Source: a virus. From it: a DNA stretch of 64,000 nt. Below, piece by piece: positions 9,334 through 18,193 of this stretch. Positions within the stretch are counted from its first letter, which is position 1, and every line of letters starts with the position of its first letter. The translations under genes were made by a program, and so were the position numbers. The notes beneath the pieces were generated by a model that ran no database searches, had not been told where the DNA came from, and was given only the letters and a program-made list of their open reading frames with translations. The stretch lies in IMG/VR virus record IMGVR_UViG_3300046809_000224, positions 3,434 to 67,433 of that record; one strand, written 5' to 3'.

Positions 9334-9698
9334 AAGCCAAGATCATTCGCGACAGCGAAGGGTTGTTCTACGGCATCAAGTGGTTGTGCCCCGGGTGCGC
9401 TTCTGTTGGCCGGATAGGGGTTCACATCTTGCCGGTGAGTTGGTTGCCGCCTAGGGAGTCGGTGGAGTCGCCGCACGTAGCCGGAAAGCCGCACTGGTCG
9501 TTTAACGGCGACATGGAGCGCCCAGTCTTTGGGCCGAGCGTTCTTAGTCAATGGGATGAAGGCCCGGATCGTAGCCACAAGGTTTGCCACTCCTTCGTAG
9601 GCTGCAACGGCGCGCAGCCGGGGCAAATCATCTTCCTCGGCGATTGCACTCACAAACTCGCAGGCCAGACAGTCGATCTTCCGGAGATTGACCAATGA
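9330..9698 (+). CDS. DUF6527-like Cys/His protein
   Basis: CPGC...H...WSFNGD..P.F.PSVL...CHSFV...FLGDCTHKLAGQTVDLP. Confidence 0.7.
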   Translation: MKAKIIRDSEGLFYGIKWLCPGCASVGRIGVHILPVSWLPPRESVESPHVAGKPHWSFNGDMERPVFGPSVLSQWDEGPDRSHKVCHSFVGCNGAQPGQIIFLGDCTHKLAGQTVDLPEIDQ

Positions 9699-10084
9699 GC
9701 GCGTTTCTGTCCGGCCTCGAAGTCGAGCTAGTTAGCGATGCCACGAACAGCGGGCGCGGCACTTGGCGACTCACTGCACCACTGGTGTATCAGTCTGACG
9801 TGGCGCAGCAGACGTTCACCGTGCCCAAGGGAAGTCTCACGGATTTTGCTTCGGTACCGCGCATCGCCGTTGCCTTCCTGCTAACGGGCGATACGGCCCA
9901 TGAAGCCTCTGCTCTGCACGACTGGCTGTACGGATCTCACGTCGTACCGCGGAGCGTGGCAGACGCTGTTCTGCGCGAGGCGGCGCTGGTTTCCGGCGTG
10001 CCGGTATGGCGAGCATTTCTGCTTTGGGCCGGCGTTCGCATTGGTGGCGGTGGCTCCCATTGGAACGGACCCGCAACCGCTTGA
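9695..10084 (+). CDS. DUF1353 family protein
   Basis: VPKGSLTDFASVPR, ASALHDWLY, ADAVLREA, GVRIGG. Confidence 0.85.
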   Translation: MSAFLSGLEVELVSDATNSGRGTWRLTAPLVYQSDVAQQTFTVPKGSLTDFASVPRIAVAFLLTGDTAHEASALHDWLYGSHVVPRSVADAVLREAALVSGVPVWRAFLLWAGVRIGGGGSHWNGPATA

Positions 10085-10155
10085 CCTGCTGTACCCCGTC
10101 CGAGGCTTCGGTCTCGGACGCACCCCTCTTTAGCCTGCCCCTCGCAGCGCGTCAA

Positions 10156-10785
10156 TTACTTCCTACCCCATCCCAAAGCAGCCGGCCGTCCATATCCGGC
10201 GAACTTGATCTTAAGCCAATCCCTCGATCGGCCCCGCTGATACGTTGAGTCCATCCGCTTGGCGACCATGCCTTCCAAACCTAGCTCCTGGACGTGCTCA
10301 AAGACGAGCTTTCCTTCGTCCTCAATCCCGCTCGCATAGATCAGCGTACCGGTATTATCAAATGATTTTCGAAGATGTAGCTTGCGTTCAGTGAGTGGCA
10401 GAGCGCGTATGTCGGCGCCGTCGATGGATAAAGCGTCGAACACGTACAGCCTGGCCGGATCAGACTTCGCCGCGGCGCGGACATTCTTCGGCGTTTTCGT
10501 GACGGCACGCTGGCGAAGCCTGTCAAAGTCTGATCGCCCGGTGTCATCGTCGACGGTCAGCTCGGCATCCCATACGAAGTCTCCCGGTACACTTTCGACC
10601 GCCCGCACGACCTCTGGAAACGAACCGTTGAACAGATTGCCATTGCGACTCCAAAGCTTCACGTCGTCGCTCGCTTTCACGATCAGGCATCGAAACCCGT
10701 CGTACTTGAGCTCGAACAGCCAGTCAGGATCGGAGAATGGTCGCGGGTGGAGCGTAGCCAGCATCAAATTCGACGCGTCAATCAC
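10156..10785 (-). CDS. ATP-dependent DNA ligase, stand-alone adenylation domain (LigD/LigC-like)
   Basis: ELKYDGFR motif I, DAEL, LYVFD, GLEGMVAKR, YQRGRSRDWLKIK; no OB domain apparent. Confidence 0.88.
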   Translation of the reverse strand: MIDASNLMLATLHPRPFSDPDWLFELKYDGFRCLIVKASDDVKLWSRNGNLFNGSFPEVVRAVESVPGDFVWDAELTVDDDTGRSDFDRLRQRAVTKTPKNVRAAAKSDPARLYVFDALSIDGADIRALPLTERKLHLRKSFDNTGTLIYASGIEDEGKLVFEHVQELGLEGMVAKRMDSTYQRGRSRDWLKIKFAGYGRPAALGWGRK

Positions 10786-10966
10786 GGTAGCGAGACGTCC
10801 AAGCCCACGCAAGCGCCAGCTTCGCCCATGCGTCGTCTTTTGGGCAGCCCGTCACGTCACACAGGTGCTCGAAGTCCTCGGCAAGAGTATGTCCGTGCTC
10901 GTTGCGCTTGGTCGGATCAGGCAGCACGACTTCTAGAATCGCTTCAGGGTTGCGGTACTCGAACAT
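10778..10966 (-). CDS. Hypothetical protein
   Basis: AGGAGG RBS before ATG; coupled to the ligase. Confidence 0.6.
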   Translation of the reverse strand: MFEYRNPEAILEVVLPDPTKRNEHGHTLAEDFEHLCDVTGCPKDDAWAKLALAWAWTSRYRD

Positions 10967-10970
10967 GGCG

Positions 10971-11183
10971 TCACCTCCTTGTCCGCTCACCAGCAGAAAT
11001 CGGACCTTCGTCGTCGGCGCCTATGGCGCGAATCCACCCGGAACATCCGCGCTCCGGATTGGCGCGAACCTGTTTGAGTCCGTCACGCAAGCAAAGAGCG
11101 TGAGACCCGCCCGCGACATCGCCTCCCCAGCGCTCGCAGAGACGGCAGTGTCGGTCGGTAGTTGGACTGTCAAAGAGACCCAT
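10971..11183 (-). CDS. Small Cys-rich hypothetical protein
   Basis: CRLC...C...C; first gene after the LexA box. Confidence 0.6.
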   Translation of the reverse strand: MGLFDSPTTDRHCRLCERWGGDVAGGSHALCLRDGLKQVRANPERGCSGWIRAIGADDEGPISAGERTRR

Positions 11184-11190
11184 AGCTCGA

Positions 11191-11210
11191 TACTGTGTTT
11201 CCGTACAGTA
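11191..11210. promoter_or_regulatory. LexA (SOS) box overlapping a minus-strand -10 (TATACT)
   Basis: TACTGT-GTTTCCGT-ACAGTA. Confidence 0.8.
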
Positions 11211-11313
11211 TAGCGAGATTCACGGAGTCATGAGAATTCTGAAATTAGCAGAAAAAGACACACCAACGATTTCAGGTATCTCTATCGAAAACCTTGAAAC
11301 CCTTACTGGTGGC

Positions 11314-11367
11314 TGGTGCCGGGGACCGGACTTGAACCGGCAAGCCGTTAGGCGGCGGATTTTAAGT
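11314..11367 (-). other. att core: 3' half of tRNA-Leu(TAA), probable attP
   Basis: Reverse complement ACTTAAAATCCGCCGCCTAACGGCTTGCCGGTTCAAGTCCGGTCCCCGGCACCA: anticodon loop, long variable arm, T-arm, CCA; no 5' half; adjacent to integrase. Confidence 0.85.
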
Positions 11368-11443
11368 ATTGCTTCACTGTTCGTTTACACAGGCTTTAGG
11401 CTTGCCTGTCACGGTAAATCAAGGGTTTGCGGCTGTGCAAATG

Positions 11444-11459
11444 CTGTATATGTGAACAG
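11444..11459. promoter_or_regulatory. Second LexA-type box
   Basis: CTGT-ATATGTGA-ACAG. Confidence 0.6.
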
Positions 11460-11495
11460 TGGGTAGCGATGTTTTAGCAGAAAAAGGCACACCCT

Positions 11496-12488
11496 CTATC
11501 GCTTCTTGCCGATCTCGCTGATAGCGCTCGCAAGCTTGTCTGTGACCAGATGAGAATAGCGCTTCGTCGACACAACCGACTTGTGCCCGAGGACGCCGCC
11601 GACCGTGAACAAGTCGATTCCTGCGTTGATCATTTCCGACGCGGCACCGTGGCGCAGGTCATGAAATTTTGTCTCTGGATGGCCAGCCAATTCGCGCGCT
11701 TTCATCCACTCGGTCTCGAACTGCTTCACTGTGACCGTGAACCGAACCCGGCGCGCTAGTACGGCGATGCGCGGGTGAATTGGCACGATACGCGGTCGAC
11801 CATTCTTTGTGTCCGCCAGCGAGAACCCCTGCCGCGTCACTTTGGCCTTCATTATCTCACCGCGCCGCATGCCCGAGTAAAACGCTATGCGGATGGCCGC
11901 GCGAACCTGGCGATTCGTACAGGCGCGCGCGATCTCCAGCATCTCCTCTCGTTGAGGATAATGATGGCGCTCGTTGTTAACCGGGGGGATGACCATCCGA
12001 GACGTCTGGTCAACGTCCAGGCGGCCGACCTTGTGGGCATACTTGATAGCTGCCCGGATGTACGCGAGGATGTTCCGGATAGCGCCGTCGGTCAGTGGAC
12101 GCTTCGGGCGCCCGTTGCGGTCCTTGCTGGCCCGGAGATAACCGACAAACCCCTTCGACCAATTGTGCAGGTCAGTCGCGTCTTGATGCGAGTATTCCGG
12201 GCCCCACTTTTCCAGGATCTGGATTCGCTTCGTGGCGTCCTTCCAATCCCCGCTCTTGTCGGCCACGTGTGTGCTCACGCACTCGCCAATAGTTACGACC
12301 ACCTTCCTTGTTCCGCTGGCGAGCGCGTAAATCTCCGCTTCCCACTTCCTCGCTAACTCATCTGCTTCCTTGGCAGATATTCCCGGAGGGAGAAGCTTGG
12401 TTTTTCGAACCTGCTCACCCTCGACGACACGCTTGAACGTCCAGCGGAGGCGCTTGCGGCCGGCCTTTGTAATGGTTTGGATTGACAT
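11496..12488 (-). CDS. int: Tyrosine integrase
   Basis: SGMRRGE (R), TKNG (K), FHDLRH (HxxR), LGH, catalytic Y in TKRYSH. Confidence 0.95.
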   Translation of the reverse strand: MSIQTITKAGRKRLRWTFKRVVEGEQVRKTKLLPPGISAKEADELARKWEAEIYALASGTRKVVVTIGECVSTHVADKSGDWKDATKRIQILEKWGPEYSHQDATDLHNWSKGFVGYLRASKDRNGRPKRPLTDGAIRNILAYIRAAIKYAHKVGRLDVDQTSRMVIPPVNNERHHYPQREEMLEIARACTNRQVRAAIRIAFYSGMRRGEIMKAKVTRQGFSLADTKNGRPRIVPIHPRIAVLARRVRFTVTVKQFETEWMKARELAGHPETKFHDLRHGAASEMINAGIDLFTVGGVLGHKSVVSTKRYSHLVTDKLASAISEIGKKR

Positions 12489-12661
12489 GATGCGAGGAAG
12501 TCGTAGAGAGAATCAAGATCGTAGACATACGTCTTGTGGCCAAGGCGATAGCGCTTGATGTGCGTCCCGCCCCGGTCGATTCTGCTGATTGATGCGTATG
12601 GCACGCCGAGGATGGCGGCGGCCTCCTTCGCGCTCACGCGCTTTCCTTCGGCGATACCCAT
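12353..12661 (-). CDS. Excisionase-like HTH protein
   Basis: VSAKEAAAILGV HTH immediately upstream of and overlapping int. Confidence 0.65.
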   Translation of the reverse strand: MGIAEGKRVSAKEAAAILGVPYASISRIDRGGTHIKRYRLGHKTYVYDLDSLYDFLASCQSKPLQRPAASASAGRSSVSSRVSRFEKPSFSLREYLPRKQMS

Positions 12662-12713
12662 TCAACCTCCCAATCCTTATGTGTTGTTTCAATCACGCGT
12701 TGTGCTTCTTTCA

Positions 12714-12956
12714 TCATGCTGCCCGTTTCTCCGCTGCAAAAACATCCTGAAGCGCCTTGATCGCATCGGCATACAGGCGATCCTTCCAGCGGCGTCCGGC
12801 GTAGTTACCTCGCCTGCTCGGTGGTGCCATCCCCAATTCAAAGCTTCGGGCCTTTTCGCTCACGGTCACCGCGCCGTGTCCCGGCCATTCGATGACGACG
12901 CCATAGCAGCCGATCTCTTCGCGCGTCCAGCCTTCCGGCAATGTTGGATCGCTCAT
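12714..12956 (-). CDS. Hypothetical protein
   Basis: Coupled ORF in the early left operon. Confidence 0.6.
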   Translation of the reverse strand: MSDPTLPEGWTREEIGCYGVVIEWPGHGAVTVSEKARSFELGMAPPSRRGNYAGRRWKDRLYADAIKALQDVFAAEKRAA

Positions 12957-13090
12957 CCCACCACCTCCCCTTCCTCCAACTTCTCGAGCGCCTCAAGCGC
13001 CAGTCGCAGGGCGAATTCCGTGCGTGGACGGTCTGCGTTATTGGCAATCGCCCATCGGAGTTCGTCCTTTAGCGTTTCGATTTCTGTCAT
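12953..13090 (-). CDS. Hypothetical 45-aa protein (not in ORF track)
   Basis: MTEIETLKDELRWAIANNADRPRTEFALRLALEALEKLEEGEVVG; ATGA overlaps at both ends. Confidence 0.55.
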   Translation of the reverse strand: MTEIETLKDELRWAIANNADRPRTEFALRLALEALEKLEEGEVVG

Positions 13091-13443
13091 GGGGAGCCTT
13101 TTGCGATTTCTTCCTCAATTTCTCGATCGATGCTACGGAGCTTCCGTGCGCACTCGGTTTCCACCTCATAGCGGAGCGCTTTGAGCGCCAGCAGCTTCGT
13201 GCTGTATAGCCAGCGCGCACCCTGCGAGGTAGTGCGATTCGTCTGGCCTCGACCATGGTTTATGGAACTTGAACACGCCGGCTCTATGCGCCCATAAGAC
13301 ATGCCGCCGACGTGCAGAAAACCAGTGGAGAGTTCATTCCCCTTCGGCGGCGCAACATCTGGTGCTACGGGTGCCGTGCGCCTCAGGGCGCATTCAGTCA
13401 ATGCCGCTTCAAGCGTTTCGCGCTCTTTTTTGTTCATCGCCAT
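13087..13443 (-). CDS. Hypothetical phage protein
   Basis: GGAG RBS, coupled ORF. Confidence 0.65.
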   Translation of the reverse strand: MAMNKKERETLEAALTECALRRTAPVAPDVAPPKGNELSTGFLHVGGMSYGRIEPACSSSINHGRGQTNRTTSQGARWLYSTKLLALKALRYEVETECARKLRSIDREIEEEIAKGSP

Positions 13444-13637
13444 GTTTTCGGCTCCCTAACCACATTAATTCCCGCCGCAGACAGCGCCACGGCAACCTTG
13501 TCCTGCGAGTCGTCGGCCATCATCTGCGCAAACTTGCTGCAAAGGTCATGCACCTGATACGTCGTAGGCTGCTTTGCCAGCGAGAAGGAGCGGTGCGATT
13601 CGTCGAATGCTCGGCGGCTGTTGGTGTGGTTCATCAT
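13434..13637 (-). CDS. Hypothetical protein
   Basis: Coupled ORF. Confidence 0.5.
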   Translation of the reverse strand: MMNHTNSRRAFDESHRSFSLAKQPTTYQVHDLCSKFAQMMADDSQDKVAVALSAAGINVVREPKTWR

Positions 13638-13915
13638 GGTCCCACGTTGATTGCAAACACCCTCACCGGCTCAGGCCCGAAGTGCGGGTGCAGGATGGTT
13701 CGTTCGACGTAGCCGCGCCACGGCTTGAGAATGCGGCGGTCCCAATCGTCGGCCTTCGGGTAGCCGAGCGTCAGGACGATTCGACCGTAGTGGCGATTCA
13801 CCAGGCGCTTCGTCCAGTACTCATTCACAAGCCGATACTCTTCCGGCTTGTCACCGCGCTTGATGGCGTGGAAGTATTCGGCCTTGAGCGGCAAAACCAA
13901 GGTTGGCAGATTCAT
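13634..13915 (-). CDS. ASCH-domain protein
   Basis: LPLKAEYFHAIKRGDKPEEYR ASCH signature. Confidence 0.8.
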   Translation of the reverse strand: MNLPTLVLPLKAEYFHAIKRGDKPEEYRLVNEYWTKRLVNRHYGRIVLTLGYPKADDWDRRILKPWRGYVERTILHPHFGPEPVRVFAINVGP

Positions 13916-14217
13916 CGGCTCGCCTCGAACATGTCGATCGTCTTCGTGTCGCGCTCGGGCTCGGGCTGTAGATTGGCGATGATGTGGCTCAAGCGCGTGC
14001 TGCCGTCGCCACCATATGGCAGGCACTGGCCGTCCCAGCCGACCTTCGCAAGGTCCGCCTCGCTTGTCATCGCAGTAGCTGCCGAATACTTGATCTGATC
14101 GCCCAAGGCATCGCCGAATATCTCGCGCTTCTCGTGTTCCGCGACTACACGGGCATGCTGCTCGTTATCCGCCATCACAACGGCAGTCAGGCTGATCGTT
14201 AGTGCATACGGTTTCAT
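13912..14217 (-). CDS. Hypothetical protein
   Basis: AAGGAG RBS; MKPYALTISLTAVV. Confidence 0.6.
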   Translation of the reverse strand: MKPYALTISLTAVVMADNEQHARVVAEHEKREIFGDALGDQIKYSAATAMTSEADLAKVGWDGQCLPYGGDGSTRLSHIIANLQPEPERDTKTIDMFEASR

Positions 14218-14218
14218 T

Positions 14219-14764
14219 TCACTCCTTTTTAGAAAGAGCGCGGATAGCCTCGGCGCATTTGTCCGCGCCGTCAGACTCTCCAGCCACATAGCTATCTGGC
14301 GGCATGCCGTGATTGGCGAACTCGCCATGAAGTTCCTCTCGCTTACGGACGGCCACGATGTTCGCCTCTTCCGGGGTATTGAACGAACCCAGGTAATACT
14401 GCTTCCTATTGAAATTCACTAATGCGCAGTACTTGCCTTTACGCTCGATAACACCCTTGTAACCGGTTGGATTGTTTCTCAGCAATCCTTTGTTGAGTCC
14501 GTTTTGTCCGCTTGTGCATACCCGTAGATTTGCGCGTCGATTGTCGAGCGTGTCCCCGTTGATATGGTCCACCTGCAATTTTTCGCCCTTATTAAGTCCG
14601 AACAAAAATCTGTGCAGATAGAGCATGAGCCGGTTATTCGTGGCAACCGTCACTTTCCTGCACGCGTACCCCTTGTTGAAGTACCACTTCATGGCCGACA
14701 GAGCCTCAAAATCTTCGTCGTCTACGATTGCAACCTTGCCCTGGGTAAGAGGAATGCTCTTCAT
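14219..14764 (-). CDS. HNH-AP2 homing endonuclease
   Basis: IPLTQGKVAIVDDED, VDHINGDTLDNRRANLR, TGYKGV, YLGSF..PEEA, LHGEFA. Confidence 0.9.
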   Translation of the reverse strand: MKSIPLTQGKVAIVDDEDFEALSAMKWYFNKGYACRKVTVATNNRLMLYLHRFLFGLNKGEKLQVDHINGDTLDNRRANLRVCTSGQNGLNKGLLRNNPTGYKGVIERKGKYCALVNFNRKQYYLGSFNTPEEANIVAVRKREELHGEFANHGMPPDSYVAGESDGADKCAEAIRALSKKE

Positions 14765-15709
14765 TTATTTCTCTCCCGCTTTCTGTGACAGAGCGGCCGG
14801 AAGCGGCTTCCAATCACCGTCCTCGGGCTTGCCAAACGACAGGCCCGGTGTGAACACAAGGTTCTCGGTATATCGATCTTCGCAGCGATTCGCGCGAATC
14901 CACGATAATGGCCAGCACACTTCCCCGAATTCCCGCTTTCCGACGATGCGATATTTCATCTGCGTGCCATCATCGTGCAAGGCAACTCCGTCTCGATCAC
15001 AGTCGGCGCCGTACTCAATGTTGTCGCCCTTGTATAGAAAGAAGAAACGTGACCCGACCTTCACGCCTAGTTCGCCCAGGTCGTTGACGATCCACTGCGG
15101 CTGCCACGCATCCCGCCCGTCTCCATTCTCAAGAGCGGCGGTGGGAGCGGTGGCATTCAACCGCTGCTCAAGCTGATAGTCAGTCAGCCATTCGGTTGTG
15201 TATCCGTCCAGCGTTCCATCAGGGTCCGGCGACAGACAGTCACCATCAGCACCGCTGTAGTTTTCGCCATTCCAAGTCCACAACGAAAGTCCCTCGCCGT
15301 CATAGTTGCGGTCGCGGATCAGAGCGAACTTGTGCGCCACCGCCTCTTTCCCTGCTGCCGCGAGTAGAGCGTCGCGCTCGGACTCAAGGGCGGTTAGGCG
15401 GGCGTTGAGCCGTTCGTTTTCCTCGGTTAGCAGCGCGTTTGCCTGTCGCTCAGATGCGAGCACTTCGGGCGACGACTCGGCGAGCGCCTTCTCTGCCAAC
15501 CCTTGACGAATCGACGCGTCACGGATCGTCGCGTCGGCGAGAGACCGGGCGGCGTTAGCCTGCTTGCGAATCGCTGCTTCCAACTCGGCAATGCGGGCGG
15601 CTTGCTGCTCGATCAGGTCGGCGGCTTCCGTGGCAATCGACGGGACAGAAGGGATCGGAGCGCGCGTCTCGTGAAACAGGCGCAGCCGCTTAATCAGGTC
15701 TTCAACCAT
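14765..15709 (-). CDS. Mosaic Ead/Ea22-like early protein
   Basis: EAADLIEQQAARIAELEA coiled coil plus internal modules. Confidence 0.65.
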   Translation of the reverse strand: MVEDLIKRLRLFHETRAPIPSVPSIATEAADLIEQQAARIAELEAAIRKQANAARSLADATIRDASIRQGLAEKALAESSPEVLASERQANALLTEENERLNARLTALESERDALLAAAGKEAVAHKFALIRDRNYDGEGLSLWTWNGENYSGADGDCLSPDPDGTLDGYTTEWLTDYQLEQRLNATAPTAALENGDGRDAWQPQWIVNDLGELGVKVGSRFFFLYKGDNIEYGADCDRDGVALHDDGTQMKYRIVGKREFGEVCWPLSWIRANRCEDRYTENLVFTPGLSFGKPEDGDWKPLPAALSQKAGEK

Positions 15710-15944
15710 TATTTGTCTCCTTGGCGAGGGCGCGGATAAAATCAACGCAATCGAGCACCGTCACTGGCGATAGAAACTGCGGACTCTTGTAATCGTCCGC
15801 AAGCGCCTTAGCACATCCCTCAAGCGCCGCGCGGTGGGATGCTTGCTCGATGGCGCGGGCGAAGTCGATTAACGCCGACTCACTAGCATCCAGATCGAAG
15901 CCTGTCGTTTCCAGATGCATGCGCTTGATGTCGTCGTCAGTCAT
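15702..15944 (-). CDS. Hypothetical protein
   Basis: DFARAIE and IRAL motifs common in phage early genes. Confidence 0.6.
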   Translation of the reverse strand: MTDDDIKRMHLETTGFDLDASESALIDFARAIEQASHRAALEGCAKALADDYKSPQFLSPVTVLDCVDFIRALAKETNNG

Positions 15945-16812
15945 GGCCGGCTCCGCTTGCAGGTTGCGCAGCGGTCAGATGGTTGCCAATCGCGTCAATA
16001 AGCTCCGTCTGCGCCGGGTGACCGTATTCGCTCGCATGCTGCTCAAGGTGATACTTGGCTTGACGCAAAAGTGTCAGCGCTACCTGTGTCTGTGCTGGTT
16101 GCGGGGCGGCGTAGACGATGCGCGTTGCGAAGCATGCCGGGTATTTCGCCATGTGGTCGTGCGCGTCTTTGCTGCAATCCGCCCACACGTCCTTATTCGC
16201 ATGGATATTTTCTCGACACTGATAGATCGGCTCCGCTGCCACCTTTTCGGCGGTGAGAGCGGCGCGCATTTCGTCCATGCTTGCCATGTCGAACATGCCC
16301 GGAAATGCTACTGCTGCATCGTCTTCATCTACCTGCGGTGGAATCCACTTGATGCCAGCGGCGTTGCATTTGGCGATGATCTGTGCATCCGTCAACGATT
16401 CATGCGGTGCTGTCGTGCTGGCTATGAAGTCATAAGCCTCGATTGCCCATGCGTTCAGCCGGTCAACATCATCCGGGCCGTAATTGCTCATGTTCAATTC
16501 GATGTAATCGGCCAGCAGCGCTTCCCGCTCCCCAATCGCCCCATTTGCGGCGTCCTCACCGATATGCTGAGCGCGGCGGTTCCACCCGGCAATTGCCGAT
16601 TGCTTGTGAAGACCATTCACCGCGTCAAAGCAACCCATCCGGTTGTTTGCGTAGCCGCGCTTTCCGTCAACGCCGCACACGGTGCACCGGACTAATGCAG
16701 CCCAGCGCGTAGCGTCCACTTCCTCGTATTCCTGCAACTCTGCTGCCCCGCCACAGAACGGGCACGGCTTCAGTTCCTCACCGCTCGGCTGAGTGTGATT
16801 TGTCGTGGTCAT
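15937..16812 (-). CDS. Lar-like Zn-ribbon mosaic protein
   Basis: ELKPCPFCGG...CTVCG...AIAGWNRR. Confidence 0.7.
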   Translation of the reverse strand: MTTTNHTQPSGEELKPCPFCGGAAELQEYEEVDATRWAALVRCTVCGVDGKRGYANNRMGCFDAVNGLHKQSAIAGWNRRAQHIGEDAANGAIGEREALLADYIELNMSNYGPDDVDRLNAWAIEAYDFIASTTAPHESLTDAQIIAKCNAAGIKWIPPQVDEDDAAVAFPGMFDMASMDEMRAALTAEKVAAEPIYQCRENIHANKDVWADCSKDAHDHMAKYPACFATRIVYAAPQPAQTQVALTLLRQAKYHLEQHASEYGHPAQTELIDAIGNHLTAAQPASGAGHD

Positions 16813-17522
16813 TTGCTGTCCTTTGCGCGAGCGAGTGTGTGGCGTGCGCGGCTCTGAACCCAATCTGCGAACTCCGTGTCATCTGCAAATGTCTCGTGGT
16901 CGAACCGCTTGGCATTGACGATGTTTTGCAGTTCCTTCACCGCCTCGTCTGCTTGCTCGGCGTCACCGCACGATTGCGCGGGAGCGGCGTATCCAATCTG
17001 CTCATACGCCTTGGCAATGACCTCGTGTGCCTTACCGCGGGCCTTGGAATCAGCCAGGGTCGAAGGCGTTTTTGTGAAGTGCTGCACCATCATTTGCAGC
17101 GTGTCGAGCAATTCACGTGTCAAGGCGTCCGCCGATTGCGCGGGAGCGGTGGGAAGGGGGCCAGTAACGCCAGCCAGCTCCCACGTCTCAGTCCTCAGAC
17201 GGTGCTCGATTTCCTCGCAGGCAAGATCAAAGACTGACTCGGCTTGCGTTGGGATTGCCGTACCTGATTTCGAGAACCCTTGCTGCCGAACGGCGGCCAC
17301 GATATGCAAGGCGCGCCGCTGCTCAAGCGCCACCGCGAGGTCAATCACGTCATCGGCCGTCACGGCAGGCTTGCTTGCAAGCAGGGCGCGTTGAGCCCAC
17401 TTGACGGCCTTGGTGAAGCTCTTCAGGTTGCACGGGCAATATGGGTTGTCGGTGCTGAACGTGTCGCGCCAGCCTTTCTCGATCTGCTCATTGGTAAGCA
17501 CTGCGTCTGTATCGGTATTCAT
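16809..17522 (-). CDS. Mosaic hypothetical phage protein
   Basis: Coupled ORF with AP-rich linkers. Confidence 0.6.
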   Translation of the reverse strand: MNTDTDAVLTNEQIEKGWRDTFSTDNPYCPCNLKSFTKAVKWAQRALLASKPAVTADDVIDLAVALEQRRALHIVAAVRQQGFSKSGTAIPTQAESVFDLACEEIEHRLRTETWELAGVTGPLPTAPAQSADALTRELLDTLQMMVQHFTKTPSTLADSKARGKAHEVIAKAYEQIGYAAPAQSCGDAEQADEAVKELQNIVNAKRFDHETFADDTEFADWVQSRARHTLARAKDSK

Positions 17523-18193
17523 GTCGGGTTCCTTGCGGGTGGGTCAGAACAGATGCGCTTGAATTCGACGACCCAGACCCACGGGTTGTCTGCCCATGCG
17601 GCGCCAGCGGCTGGCTTTAGGCCATCCCAAAGACACATGTAAAGTTCGCGGGGCGTCAGGGTCTCGTCGGCGTCGGGCACGTGACGAAGGAAGTCGATCC
17701 CTTCAGCTTCGGCGTCCGCGTCGCTGCAGTCCTGCAGACGCTCAACACGCACGCCGGTGACTTCGAGCGTGACGCGAGACGCCCAGCGCGGCATGTGGAT
17801 GGACGGCGTCCAGACCAGCGTTTCATCCGGCCGCGATGCGCGAAACCAGCAGTTCGCCGCCTTATGGTTTTCCGGGTTGGCGCGCTCTTCGCGATAGCTC
17901 GGCAGGTCCGATCCGCTACCCGGGCCGACGTATAAAAACGTCTCGCGCACCCACAGACGATCGCCAGGCTTACCGTATGGGCAACGGATGTGCTTGCTAA
18001 TAACGCTCTCAGAACTACCCCACGCCCATTCGCCGGTCGGTTCGTCGGCGCCGCGCGCGTCATCCGTGCCGCGAAATTGAAAAATGTGATGCGCTCCTGT
18101 CGGCTTCACGATGCGGCGCGTCTGCGTCTTGCTGCCGTCGAGCAGAGCGCGCACCATCGGGCCGCTGAACAGGATCGGACGTTCTTTGCTCAT
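17519..18193 (-). CDS. ASCH-like conserved phage protein
   Basis: ERPILFSGPMVRALLDGSKTQTRR, CPYGKPGDRLWVRET, WTPSIHMPRWASR, NPWVWVVEF. Confidence 0.85.
   Translation of the reverse strand: MSKERPILFSGPMVRALLDGSKTQTRRIVKPTGAHHIFQFRGTDDARGADEPTGEWAWGSSESVISKHIRCPYGKPGDRLWVRETFLYVGPGSGSDLPSYREERANPENHKAANCWFRASRPDETLVWTPSIHMPRWASRVTLEVTGVRVERLQDCSDADAEAEGIDFLRHVPDADETLTPRELYMCLWDGLKPAAGAAWADNPWVWVVEFKRICSDPPARNPT

Noticed and set aside
9330-9698. Known enzyme or Tad/Acb-type sponge
   Set aside because: No motif match that I can support; left as DUF6527-like
10156-10785. Complete NHEJ system
   Set aside because: No Ku, polymerase or phosphoesterase domains linked to the ligase
11314-11367. Intact tRNA-Leu gene
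   Set aside because: The 5' acceptor strand and D-arm are absent; similarity stops at the anticodon loop, so it is treated as an att core
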